From contig CAZUBM010000001.1 in assembly GCA_964618805.1 (NCBI GenBank), forward strand, positions 96,001 through 160,000: 64,000 bases of DNA. The letters are read 5' to 3'. The stretch is from an uncultured Nitrososphaerota archaeon. GTDB lineage: Archaea > Korarchaeota > Korarchaeia > Korarchaeales > Korarchaeaceae. Position numbers and translations under genes: made by a program. Below are positions 1 to 8,916 of the stretch, in pieces (position 1 is the first letter of the stretch; the number at the start of each line of letters is the position of its first letter). The notes below the pieces were generated by a model. The model was not told the DNA's origin. It saw only the letters and a list, made by a program, of their open reading frames with translations, and made no database searches.

Positions 1-269
1 GTGAAACTTTGATTTCACGCACCTATTGATCTATCGAATCGAATATAAGAGATCCTTAATTTCGCTCAGAAGCTCAGTAATGAGTATGATGAAAAACAGA
101 TCATGGCCGTCTGGAAGGTGGAAGAATAGGGTTTACAGGAAGTCCCAAAGATTTCAAGGGTTTTGTTGAAGAACTTACCAGAAAGATAGAAGAAATAAGA
201 CGACTATCTCTGTTGTTAGAGTTACCCTTTCTTCTTGACCTAGATTTTTGATCCTTCTACAATCATAAA

Positions 270-530
270 ATGATTTAGCGATAAATACCAAAGCAACGAT
301 CATAAAGAATAGCACCATCTCAAGCTTCTTGATTGTTGTCTCGAGCTGTGAGACCCTCTTGGATTCGGATCCACAGCTCCGAATTTAATAAAACCTTTAC
401 TGGTTCGATATTCTCCACCTTCCAAATCGCGGTACGATAGGAAGAAATGTAAGGTAAAATTCCTTAGTCTGGTGGCTTCTAAGTAAAAAAATACTCGGAA
501 GCCTTCTACTGGTGCTAGCTGTGTCCTCCT
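270..530 (-). pseudogene. C-terminal remnant of a membrane-anchored surface protein (Ig-like strands, coiled coil, TM helix)
   Basis: Manual translation: LAPVEGFRVFFYLEATRLRNFTLHFFLSYRDLEGGEY...GFIKFGAVDPNP, frameshift, KRVSQLETTIKKLEMVLFFMIVALVFIAK; no start codon; boundaries approximate. Confidence 0.4.
324..392. repeat. 69-bp direct repeat, copy 1
   Basis: gcttcttgattgttgtctcgagctgtgagaccctcttggattcggatccacagctccgaatttaataaa, identical to 4393-4461; internal stem gagctgtg/cacagctc. Confidence 0.95.
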
Positions 531-625
531 TCCCTTATGAAGATTCTTTTATTCTCCACATGGGTAGGAATAATTTTGAACCTTAAAAAGCAAGTTGCAG
601 ATTTTTCTATCCCAATTCTTAGAGA

Positions 626-970
626 TTATGATAGAACAAGCTCTTTGAGTATTTCCTCTGCTTTTCTTTTTTGTGTATAATGAATAGATGGGATAAGTTC
701 TTGTGTCTAGTTATCTTGGCGATTGTTTGATTGCTAAGCCTCTTTTAATTGCTGCCCAAGAGATAAAAGCATATCTAAGCGAGTGTTTTCAAGTGTTACG
801 ACGAGATTGCTTAAAGACTCGCATCTTGTGCACCTAAGTTGTTTTATTCTGCATTTCGCTCTCTCAGCTTCAATTAGATTGAAAATACCTCTTAGAAAAT
901 GATAATACAGTCTTGTATTGCTAGCATCAAGTAGATAATATAGTTCTTTATCGGTCTAAGGATAAAAACA
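626..970 (-). pseudogene. Tyrosine recombinase/integrase remnant with several frameshifts
   Basis: Manual translation across 2 frameshifts: HSLRYAFISWAAIKRGLA / QTIAKITRHKNLSHL / HYTQKRKAEEILKELVLS*. These carry the HxxR, H and catalytic Y motifs. HSLR lies at 774-785. Confidence 0.75.
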
Positions 971-1099
971 TTAAATAATCTCTCTCAATCAAATTAATCA
1001 GATGCTTCTTTAATTCTCAGTCTTGCATTAGAAAAGAGGAACTTTAACTAAAGGAATTAAAGTATAAATTCTACAAATATTGACTAATGTAGTTAAAAA

Positions 1100-1642
1100 T
1101 CATCCCTCAGGATACATCTCCAAAGTTACCTTTGCCACTTTCACCCCTAGCTGAGTTAAGTAGTACTTCCCTTCCTCCTCAGCCAACCACCCCTTCTTTA
1201 TCATGTCCTCTATTGTCTCATCCTTCTTAAGCTTCCTTCCCTTCTCGGGACTAGTGGCATCCATCTCAAGGAGTCTAGCTAACAATAAGTCCTTCTCGTC
1301 TGGCTCTGGAAAGAAGCGTTCTCTCAAATACTTCAATTTCTCCTCCCTGCTCATTCCATACAATCTCTTCCTAACTCCTATCTTCCATTCCCTACCTTCT
1401 TTCCAAACATCAACAACTATTCCCTTTTCCTCCAGCCCCTTCTGTACATTACTGATAAGCAACACAGCTTTCAATATTGTAGACCAGCTAGCTGCCACTC
1501 CCATCTTTCTCAGGTCATTTGGCGTTACTACAACACCCTCTGGAAGCTTCTCCAAGACTAGAGGAACGACCTCGCTAAGAGACTTCCTCTCTCCCAGAAC
1601 CTTCCTATGCATATTTCTACACCAACTGCAGATAGTAACCAT
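1100..1642 (-). CDS. Hypothetical protein with C-terminal winged-helix-like segment
   Basis: 180 aa ORF; MIKKGWLAEEEGKYYLTQLGVKVA is typical of a wHTH wing. Confidence 0.7.
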   Translation of the reverse strand: MVTICSWCRNMHRKVLGERKSLSEVVPLVLEKLPEGVVVTPNDLRKMGVAASWSTILKAVLLISNVQKGLEEKGIVVDVWKEGREWKIGVRKRLYGMSREEKLKYLRERFFPEPDEKDLLLARLLEMDATSPEKGRKLKKDETIEDMIKKGWLAEEEGKYYLTQLGVKVAKVTLEMYPEG

Positions 1643-1747
1643 TAAAGAACCAATCTCTGACTACTTACACCCTTCTCCTTACCCTCACTATCTTACAAAA
1701 CTAAAAGAATATTTAAATATAGCCAAATTTAATTTCATAATTGTAAA

Positions 1748-2017
1748 ATGATGGACCTTAAAGACTATGAGCTTGAAGTTCTCAAAAGGATGCTAAACGA
1801 GGGATTCATATTAAATAGTTATACTTCTATAGAAAATATTGAAAGCAAAATAAAATGGAAAGAGATTGCCCGTAAGTATAAGGTTAGAAGGGGATTCAAA
1901 CGAGTAGCAAGAAGCTTAGTCAAAAAAGGATATTTAACAGACCGCGGTAAGAGCACAGCAGTCTTATCTCTTACAAAAGATGGTGTAAAAGTGGCTTTAG
2001 CTCTTTTAGAAGATTAA
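1748..2017 (+). CDS. Small basic winged-helix-like protein
   Basis: 89 aa; ARSLVKKGYLT...LSLTKDGVKVA; divergent from 1100-1642. Confidence 0.7.
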   Translation: MMDLKDYELEVLKRMLNEGFILNSYTSIENIESKIKWKEIARKYKVRRGFKRVARSLVKKGYLTDRGKSTAVLSLTKDGVKVALALLED

Positions 2018-2442
2018 TTGCATTCTATAAATTGGCTACGCCACCCATAAAAATTGAATGCCTTTTTAAAATAATTGCACTTTTTTACATAATATTATTA
2101 TTAAATAATTTTCTTTATCTCCACTTAATTATTATTTACAATAATAAGAATTGATTTTCTAGAGCAAAATCCCTCAAAAATAAGAGTTTCTGTCAAAAGG
2201 GATTCTTGGCTAAAAAGCTTAGGTGTGCTAAGGGAACTTGTTAGGAGATTTAAGAATTAGCTGAGAGAGATTTAGCACGCGCTAAACCTCTTATATACTC
2301 TTAAATCACCTTGAGGGTTTTCCTGTCTCTACGGACTTTATCAAAAGTACTCGGAAGGAGCGGAAAGCTCCTTTTATATGTTTACTTCATAAGGTTCTTC
2401 TCTTGCTTACATACTGGAAGTCTCTACATTGCATTTATCATT

Positions 2443-4062
2443 CTAATACGCTTCAGTTAGTGAGGAAATTGGGTGCCACTTATGCTCATCCACATCGATT
2501 CTAACATCCAAGGGCTCGATCCTTTTATCTGGATTAAATCCATGCTTGATTCCCCACTTTCTTAAGTGCTCGACAACTAAGCGTGCTCCGAATCTTGCTA
2601 GCGGATAAAGGGGTAGCAGGAACGGATTTCCCTTCATAACCATCGGCAGACTTTTCACTACTTCTCTATAGAGATGCCTCCAAGCATAATAGAGGTGCAG
2701 GAACTGGCCTTCAGTTATCATCTCCTCAACATTAAAGAATTCCTTATCTTTAAGCAAGCCCATGGGGACAAATGCTAATGGAGTTACTGTGAAGTGTGCC
2801 CTATTGCCAAGCTTCTTTTCAAGCTCTTTTTTCATTGTGAGGATTAGCTGAGCAGTCATTATCTCGTCTTCCTCAGTCTCTCCAGGGAGACCTAAGATAG
2901 TTGTGTAAGCTGGGAACCAGTAGTTCTTGTTGAGGACGTAAGTGCCGTTTAACACAACCCACGGCCACTCCTCTGGCGAGAAGGGTTTCACCTTGTTGGT
3001 CATGTACATTCCGATTAGCCTCGGCGAGGCAGTCTCAAGGCCCACTTGGATTCCGACCCAGTGCCTCTTGTTTGCTCCTACAATTCTTGATATCTCCTTG
3101 ATCATTCCTGGGTTTGCTAAAGCTCCAGCAATCGAGCCGTGAGTCGGATTAACGTTTTTCGTATACTTGACGGCCATCTCAAAGAGCTCTATCACAGCTT
3201 CAGCATTTGGATAAAAGTTCTTCTTATCATCGACCTTGTACAGGAAGATGTCCTCGCTGTGGAGCCATGCATGATCTATGCCCGCCGTGACGTTCAGCTT
3301 TATCTCCTCTTCAATTTTCTCAAGGGGAATGTAGCGGACCACTCTTAAGTTTGGCTCGCAGAAGCGGCATCCTCTCCCGCATCCACGCATTACTTCAACA
3401 AGGCCTTTATATGAGGGTGCGACTATGGTCGGAATTTCATCAGCTCTTGGGCAGTTTTTAATGTATATCGTTTCATCAGCATTGCCACCCTCTATGTCTC
3501 TGAAGACATCTCCGGCAACATGATCTGCTTCCCCAATAATTATATGGTCAATCTTGAGCTTTTCTCTTTCTTCCTTCCTAAAGTCAACCTGCCACGCCCC
3601 TGGACCTCCAACGATGAGCTTAAACTTGTAGCCTTTTCTCTCCCTAAGGGCATTTATCTTCTCAACTAGCTGGAAGAACTTAAACTTCGTATAGCTTGTC
3701 CAATTCCCACCGTTTGTAAATATCATACTCACCGGAGCTAAGCCCATAGGATCCATCTCGGAAAGTGCTACTATTGTTGTCTTCTCATCTATGAACTGCC
3801 CTATCTTCCTTGGGTGAGCAACTACGACTTCCTCCCTCTTGAATCCTTGAGCAAGCAGTGCAGCTTCTATTTTCCTTAGTCCATAGGGTGCTACCGTTAA
3901 GATTCCGTTGTTGTCTGGAATTTGAGAATCAAGAATTCTAAAAACCCAGCTTGGCACTTTGTCGAAGGGAGCACAGCCGAAAAAATCCAATAAAGGAACA
4001 TCGTGATAAGTGCTTGTCAACGTCTCATCAGTGCTTAGCACAATCCTTGCCATCACTATCAC
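2443..4062 (-). CDS. B12-binding radical SAM protein, Grs/Gms (GDGT ring synthase / GMGT synthase) family-like
   Basis: IVLSTD, APYGLRKIEA, VGGPGAWQ, EVMRGCGRGCRFC (CX3CX2C), GLETAS. Confidence 0.8.
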   Translation of the reverse strand: MIVMARIVLSTDETLTSTYHDVPLLDFFGCAPFDKVPSWVFRILDSQIPDNNGILTVAPYGLRKIEAALLAQGFKREEVVVAHPRKIGQFIDEKTTIVALSEMDPMGLAPVSMIFTNGGNWTSYTKFKFFQLVEKINALRERKGYKFKLIVGGPGAWQVDFRKEEREKLKIDHIIIGEADHVAGDVFRDIEGGNADETIYIKNCPRADEIPTIVAPSYKGLVEVMRGCGRGCRFCEPNLRVVRYIPLEKIEEEIKLNVTAGIDHAWLHSEDIFLYKVDDKKNFYPNAEAVIELFEMAVKYTKNVNPTHGSIAGALANPGMIKEISRIVGANKRHWVGIQVGLETASPRLIGMYMTNKVKPFSPEEWPWVVLNGTYVLNKNYWFPAYTTILGLPGETEEDEIMTAQLILTMKKELEKKLGNRAHFTVTPLAFVPMGLLKDKEFFNVEEMITEGQFLHLYYAWRHLYREVVKSLPMVMKGNPFLLPLYPLARFGARLVVEHLRKWGIKHGFNPDKRIEPLDVRIDVDEHKWHPISSLTEAY

Positions 4063-4392
4063 TTCTCATGTAAAAGCAAGGGCATCAAGGAAAATTTTAA
4101 GGCTTCTCTAAGTTTTTCCTTATTTGTTTCTTCAGAACTTTTTAAATAAAATTTCTAACGGAATGCTCTGAAAAACTATTTTGGTAATAAGCGACGTTAC
4201 CGTAAAATCTCCATTCGCCATGTGCCCTATCTCACCTTTAAATGCTGCTAAGATTATTTTGTAACAAAATAGAGTGTGTCAAAGCATTATCAAAGAATAG
4301 ACCTCGTTGCGAAATATTATAACATGTTATAAGAGATAATCCCGATGAGGGCAGAAGCAAGGTATAAGAGCGTAGCAATCCTGCTAGCGCGC

Positions 4393-4461
4393 GCTTCTTG
4401 ATTGTTGTCTCGAGCTGTGAGACCCTCTTGGATTCGGATCCACAGCTCCGAATTTAATAAA
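4393..4461. repeat. 69-bp direct repeat, copy 2
   Basis: Identical to 324-392; its left edge overlaps gcgcgcgc at 4387-4394. Confidence 0.95.
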
Positions 4462-4566
4462 GGAAATAGGGGGATTATTCTAAGCCCGAGGTATGGAATT
4501 GAGGATCTGCAAAATCCAACAGGCCAGCCCTAACAAGCTCAGATGAATGAATGCTTAGACTATGCA

Positions 4567-4986
4567 TCAAACAACTCTTTTTATCCCAGGAAATCTGTCA
4601 AAATCCCTATCAAACGAGTAAATCTCATTTATTTTCTGCTTCTGCATTATAATGTATGCTAAGGCGTCATTTACCCCCACATCAAATTCCTTAGCTACCT
4701 CCAAAGAATTTAGGTAATCTTCTCCGCTCACGCTCAACACCTTAATGTTCTCCTTCAGGAGGATTGCTTCTTCAATCTCTAGAGCCTCTTTTAAAGGCAT
4801 TCTATCCTCTAGAATGTTTGCTATCTCGCTGAAGTGAGAAGTTGACATTAATACCTCTTCCCCTTCGTTAACGAGCCTGATTATCTCCTTTGCCCGCTTC
4901 TTTATCGCTAACTCATGTTCCCTAAGCTTTCTCTTTGTTTTTAGGAAAGCATGTATGAAGACGCTTGCGTCTATGAACCTAGTCAA
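4567..4986 (-). CDS. vapC: PIN-domain toxin VapC
   Basis: FIDASVF, E, GVNDAL, YSFDRDFD acidic PIN motifs; overlaps the upstream antitoxin. Confidence 0.9.
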   Translation of the reverse strand: MTRFIDASVFIHAFLKTKRKLREHELAIKKRAKEIIRLVNEGEEVLMSTSHFSEIANILEDRMPLKEALEIEEAILLKENIKVLSVSGEDYLNSLEVAKEFDVGVNDALAYIIMQKQKINEIYSFDRDFDRFPGIKRVV

Positions 4987-5224
4987 CCTTTCTCAACTCC
5001 TTCCTCACCTTATGCCAATCCGAGAGGTCGCTTTTGATATCAACTTCTATAACATCAAAAAATTTGGTTAGATCTAATGGCTTCTCTGGCCTAATCTCTA
5101 TAACTTCTCCCCTTATCTTCATCAAGATCCTTGGTTTTTTGAGATATTTCTTCCTCCAACTTTTTGGAATTACTATCCTCCCCTGCTTATCTACCTCTTT
5201 AATAACCACTTCCATATTTTTCAT
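4979..5224 (-). CDS. vapB: AbrB/MazE/SpoVT-family antitoxin
   Basis: VDKQGRIVIPKSWR motif; coupled to the PIN gene. Confidence 0.88.
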   Translation of the reverse strand: MKNMEVVIKEVDKQGRIVIPKSWRKKYLKKPRILMKIRGEVIEIRPEKPLDLTKFFDVIEVDIKSDLSDWHKVRKELRKVD

Positions 5225-5934
5225 CCTAAAAGAAAAATAATTCCATAAAAATTAAATTTTACCATTTTTATATCTCATTACCAAACTTATTGCTTAGCTT
5301 CGTTGAAATGGACCCACAAAATCCTGTTAACATATTTTCATTACTACGCGGCTCATATGCATCTCAGTCGTAGTAATAGTTGAGTTTTAATGGATTTATC
5401 ATGAAAAGAGGCAAGGTGTCCAAGTACTAAAGCTAAATGCTACTAGAAGATTTTTCCACCTCTTTTCTTTCTAAGTGCCTTTTCATTACTGTATGGAGCG
5501 CCGCGCGCGGTATGTTGGATAAATCCTATTATTAAAAACAGCTTTGTGAAAAATAGTTTGAATCAACAAGACTCTAAGACTCACAAGAAAAATTCGCTTT
5601 TATCATAAGTATTTTTGCTCTAATATTTACGGCTTGGAACCCAATAAAAGAAAATCTAATTCCCTGGATTAAAGCAATTGGTGAGACTGATTATCACGTT
5701 GAGTCTTTTGAATTCACTTTGAAGTTTAGGATAGATCTTCCCCTAAACATATCTCTATAACATATTTTGGAGACTATGTTAACCTTCCTTCAGAAGTTAA
5801 TCTTGGAAAATCATTTAAAGTCAAGTGCAGGTCAAGAAATTTAGGATGAAAGAGCTGAAACTGAAATCCCTATTCTAAATATGCCCCAATTTCGTGGGCT
5901 AAATTTAATAATGTGGGTCCATAATTTTCGTGAA

Positions 5935-6174
5935 ATGTCCTACGTAGTCCTCGTAGACTCAAAGGGAAGAGTAACGCTTCCAAGGGATGTGAGGAGGAGC
6001 TTGGGGGTAAAACCTGGAGATAGATTTAGGATCACTGTGGTTGGAAGTAGGATAGTCCTAGAGAAGGCTGAAGACCCGTTTGAGGTCCTCAACAGGATCT
6101 TGAAGGATGTAAGGTTCGACAGGAAGGCAAGGGAAAAGGCGGAGGAGGAGAGGAGGAGATTTCAATGGCTCTAA
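5935..6174 (+). CDS. AbrB-family antitoxin (likely start MSYVVLV; C-terminus probably altered)
   Basis: VDSKGRVTLPRDVRRSLGVKPGD. Confidence 0.8.
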   Translation: MSYVVLVDSKGRVTLPRDVRRSLGVKPGDRFRITVVGSRIVLEKAEDPFEVLNRILKDVRFDRKAREKAEEERRRFQWL

Positions 6175-6401
6175 AGGCGATAGAGGACATTATAAGGGGA
6201 TATACGAAACCCTACTTCCTCAAGCTAACTTTTAGCCACTCCTCCTTAGCTGCAGAACTCAGGAAGAGGCATGGCCTAACCTTCTTCGACTCCCTTCATG
6301 CATCAGTAGCTCTTCTTGAAAACCTGACCTACGTTGGAAATGACGATAGGGTGAGAAAGGCGGTTGAGCTGGAAGGAGGTAAGGCAAGGCCCCTCAGGTA
6401 A
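6165..6401 (+). pseudogene. N-terminally truncated PIN toxin
   Basis: Only the C-terminal half is present: LAAELRKRHGLTFFDSLHASVAL...GNDD; the N-terminal D-containing strand is missing. Confidence 0.75.
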
Positions 6402-6418
6402 TGTAACTTATACAACGG

Positions 6419-6655
6419 GCTGACATCGATGAGACTGTGTACTCACGCAGCCCATAAGTTTCACTTGAGAGGTTCTCAAATGGTCCAGTTAGGATAATGG
6501 CTTTGAGGTCGGATGAGCATCTAAAGGCAATGGGACGTGCCCCTCTAGCTCAGGTATTCGTGGACCTTTGGAATATACCAACCTGGTATGCTAGAGAGTT
6601 TATGCTGGCGGTAAGGGATAAGATAGATGGAATTCTGGCAGAATTGGGCTACTGA
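6419..6655 (+). pseudogene. C-terminal remnant of an AbiEi-like antitoxin/regulator
   Basis: Manual translation ADIDETVYS..*..APLAQVFVDLWNIPTWYAREF...LGY*; overlaps the start of the downstream nucleotidyltransferase. Confidence 0.6.
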
Positions 6656-7238
6656 GAGGAGCTGGAAGGCCCTTCTGGGGCTAAGGAGGAGTTACGAGTT
6701 CACTTTGCTTGAAGGGTGGGCCATTTACCTCTATACCAAGACCATGAAGTCCGTTGACATCGACCTAATAATGGAAAGGGATCAGCTCTGGAGATTTTCT
6801 AGCGAGTATCCGCTGAAGAAGACGGAGTTCTTTAGAAAGTATGAGGCCAGAGTCGAAGGAGTTGCCGTAGACATCTACGTGCCGTATTATTCTAGGCTGG
6901 CGATCCCGCCTGAGGATGTAACTAAGATGACTTTGATTGTGGAGGGCTTCAAGGTTCCAGAGCCTGAAGTTCTCTTGATCCTTAAGCAGGACGTAGCCTC
7001 TTCTAGAATAGCTAGCGTAAAGGGAACAAAGGAAAGAGTTGATATCTTAGCCCTACTACTTAGGGCCGAGCTGGACTTCGACGAGTACAGGGATTTGTTA
7101 AAGAGGTACGGACTGTTGCAATTTAGGGAAGAGCTAAGAGATATTGTCTCAAGGGCCAGTAAGGAATTCTCATATCTGGGGATAGAGGATCCTAGAAGGA
7201 TAAAACCGCTTAAGAAGTCTTTTCTAAGCAAGATATGA
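6627..7238 (+). CDS. Nucleotidyltransferase, AbiEii/type IV TA-like
   Basis: EGWAIYLY...SVDIDL (G-G-x-A / DxD-like), LLILK, KERVDI. Confidence 0.7.
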   Translation: MEFWQNWATERSWKALLGLRRSYEFTLLEGWAIYLYTKTMKSVDIDLIMERDQLWRFSSEYPLKKTEFFRKYEARVEGVAVDIYVPYYSRLAIPPEDVTKMTLIVEGFKVPEPEVLLILKQDVASSRIASVKGTKERVDILALLLRAELDFDEYRDLLKRYGLLQFREELRDIVSRASKEFSYLGIEDPRRIKPLKKSFLSKI

Positions 7239-7420
7239 TCCTCTTTTTATCATTTGGCGTTGCTAACTTGACAAAATTCGGAAGACTCAGGCGTTGCCGC
7301 TTTCTAGAAGATAACGGTAATCGTTACCTTAGAACTAGTCCACATTGTTTAAGTGGAACTAACTGTCCAAAAAATGGGTATACTAAATTATTGAGTGGGA
7401 AAAATGCTTCGCAGACTGGC

Positions 7421-7540
7421 ATGAATGTCGTTGAAATGGACGACCGCGGCAGGGTTCTAATTCCAGCAGATTTGAGGCGTAAGCTGAAGAGCAGGCGCTT
7501 CCTCCTGATCTACAATTCCAAATTGATAAGGATGGTTGAA
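7421..7540 (+). pseudogene. Truncated AbrB-family antitoxin
   Basis: MNVVEMDDRGRVLIPADLRRKL inside ORF 7235-7678. Confidence 0.65.
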
Positions 7541-7712
7541 TTTCAACGCCTGCCAAGGCCTTTCTGGAGGCTGATGAGATTCACGCGAATATGGTACTCT
7601 TTAGGTCTTGGACCCATTGTAGGGCGATGGATCCTCCTTTCGATAACTAAAGGACGCAAGCCTGGAAAGCCCACGTAGTACCTCTTCAGTACGAGGAGGA
7701 AGAAGATGTGAT
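7540..7712 (+). pseudogene. Fragment of a deazaflavin-dependent nitroreductase (DDN) family protein
   Basis: WYSLGLGPIVGRWILLSITKGRKPGKP, frameshift, VVPLQYEEE. Confidence 0.6.
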
Positions 7713-7773
7713 AAAAAGTAGTACTCAATGAAAAAGAAATTTATCAGCTTTAATTATCCTCTTTCCTATCTTC

Positions 7774-8747
7774 TTGAGGGCAATGAGCTTCAAAGTTCTA
7801 ATCGCGGAACTCATCCATGAGGATGGAGTTGACATCCTTCGGAAGCAAGTTGAGGTTATTGAGCTCCCACCAGAGAGCACGATTGAGGATCTGAAGAGGG
7901 CAATCGTTGACGTAGATGCTCTAATATCAAGGGGCTTCATCAAAGTCACCAAAGAAGTTTTGAAAGCAGCCAAAAGGTTGAAAGTCATCGTGGTTCATGG
8001 TGTTGGAGTCGATCACATCGACCTTGAGGCAGCAAGAGAGCTGGGAATCAAAGTGATAAACACACCAGAGGCCCTGACAAACACTGTTGAGGAATTCACC
8101 GTTGGAATGATCTTCTCACTAATCAAGCGCATCCCTCAGGCAGATAAGGCTGTTAGAAGAGGAGAATGGCACAGAAAGTTCAGCAACCTCGTTGGGATTG
8201 ATCTTGCGGGCAAGACTGTTGGAATAATAGGCTTGGGAAGGATAGGTAGCGCTGTTGCAAGGATGTTGAAGCCATTCAACCCTAGGCTGGTCTACTATGA
8301 CCTAAGGAGGAGGTACGACCTTGAGGGGGAGTTGGGCATAGAGTTCAAACCGCTTCATGAACTTCTGAAGGAGTCAGACGTCATAAGCATACACGCCACC
8401 CTAACAAAGGATACTTACCACACATGATCTCCTACAGAGAGTTCGAACTCATGAAGGATGGTGTCTGCATCGTTAACACCGCTAGAGGAGCAATTATAGA
8501 GGAGAGAGCCCTCCTAAGCTATCTTAGGTCAGGTAAGGTGAGAGGAGCAGCCCTAGACGTTTTCGAAACTGAGCCATTGCCCGATGATAGCTCCCTTTTA
8601 GGTTTCAAAAACCTTATTCTAACCCCTCACTTGGCAGCAAGCAGTTCAGATGCCCTAAAGAGGTTAGCTGTTGATGCTGTGAAAAGAACTCTCGAGGGAC
8701 TAGGGATTTGTCATCAACGCACCCATAGAAGCCAAGACGATCGTTAG
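7774..8747 (+). pseudogene. D-isomer-specific 2-hydroxyacid (phosphoglycerate-type) dehydrogenase, split by a 2-nt slip near 8420
   Basis: HGVGVDHID, GIIGLGRIG, VNTARG, ALDVF, TPHLA; the two ORFs join if one AC is removed from taccacacatg. Confidence 0.85.
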
Positions 8748-8916
8748 CACCCACGTCTTGGAATATTGAGCTTCTTGCATAGTAATCTCAACCTTTTTGC
8801 GCGCGCTTAATGACAACGAATATCTCTTATCGTTGATCTCTATGGCATTGCTCTTTCTTATGAAGAATAGATGCATGCCTTCAGCAACAGTGATCTTCAT
8901 TTCTTAATCTAGCCCT

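Larger units (their letters stand above)
324..4461. mobile_element. Putative decayed integrative element bounded by 69-bp direct repeats
   Basis: Perfect direct repeats with an integrase remnant just inside the left repeat; AT-rich intergenic DNA. Confidence 0.45.

Noticed and set aside
112-424. Imperfect inverted match tggaaggtgg(a)agaata at about 112-128 and 409-424, as possible IS/MITE ends
   Set aside because: It is short, has an indel, and has no transposase or target-site duplication; both halves lie in apparent coding remnants.
2200-2285. Possible HTH remnant (LAKKL..KGT..ELAERDL)
   Set aside because: Too short and needs several frameshifts; not supportable.
5340-5377. 9-bp inverted repeat attactacg/cgtagtaat
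   Set aside because: Single occurrence with no context assigning a function; could be chance.
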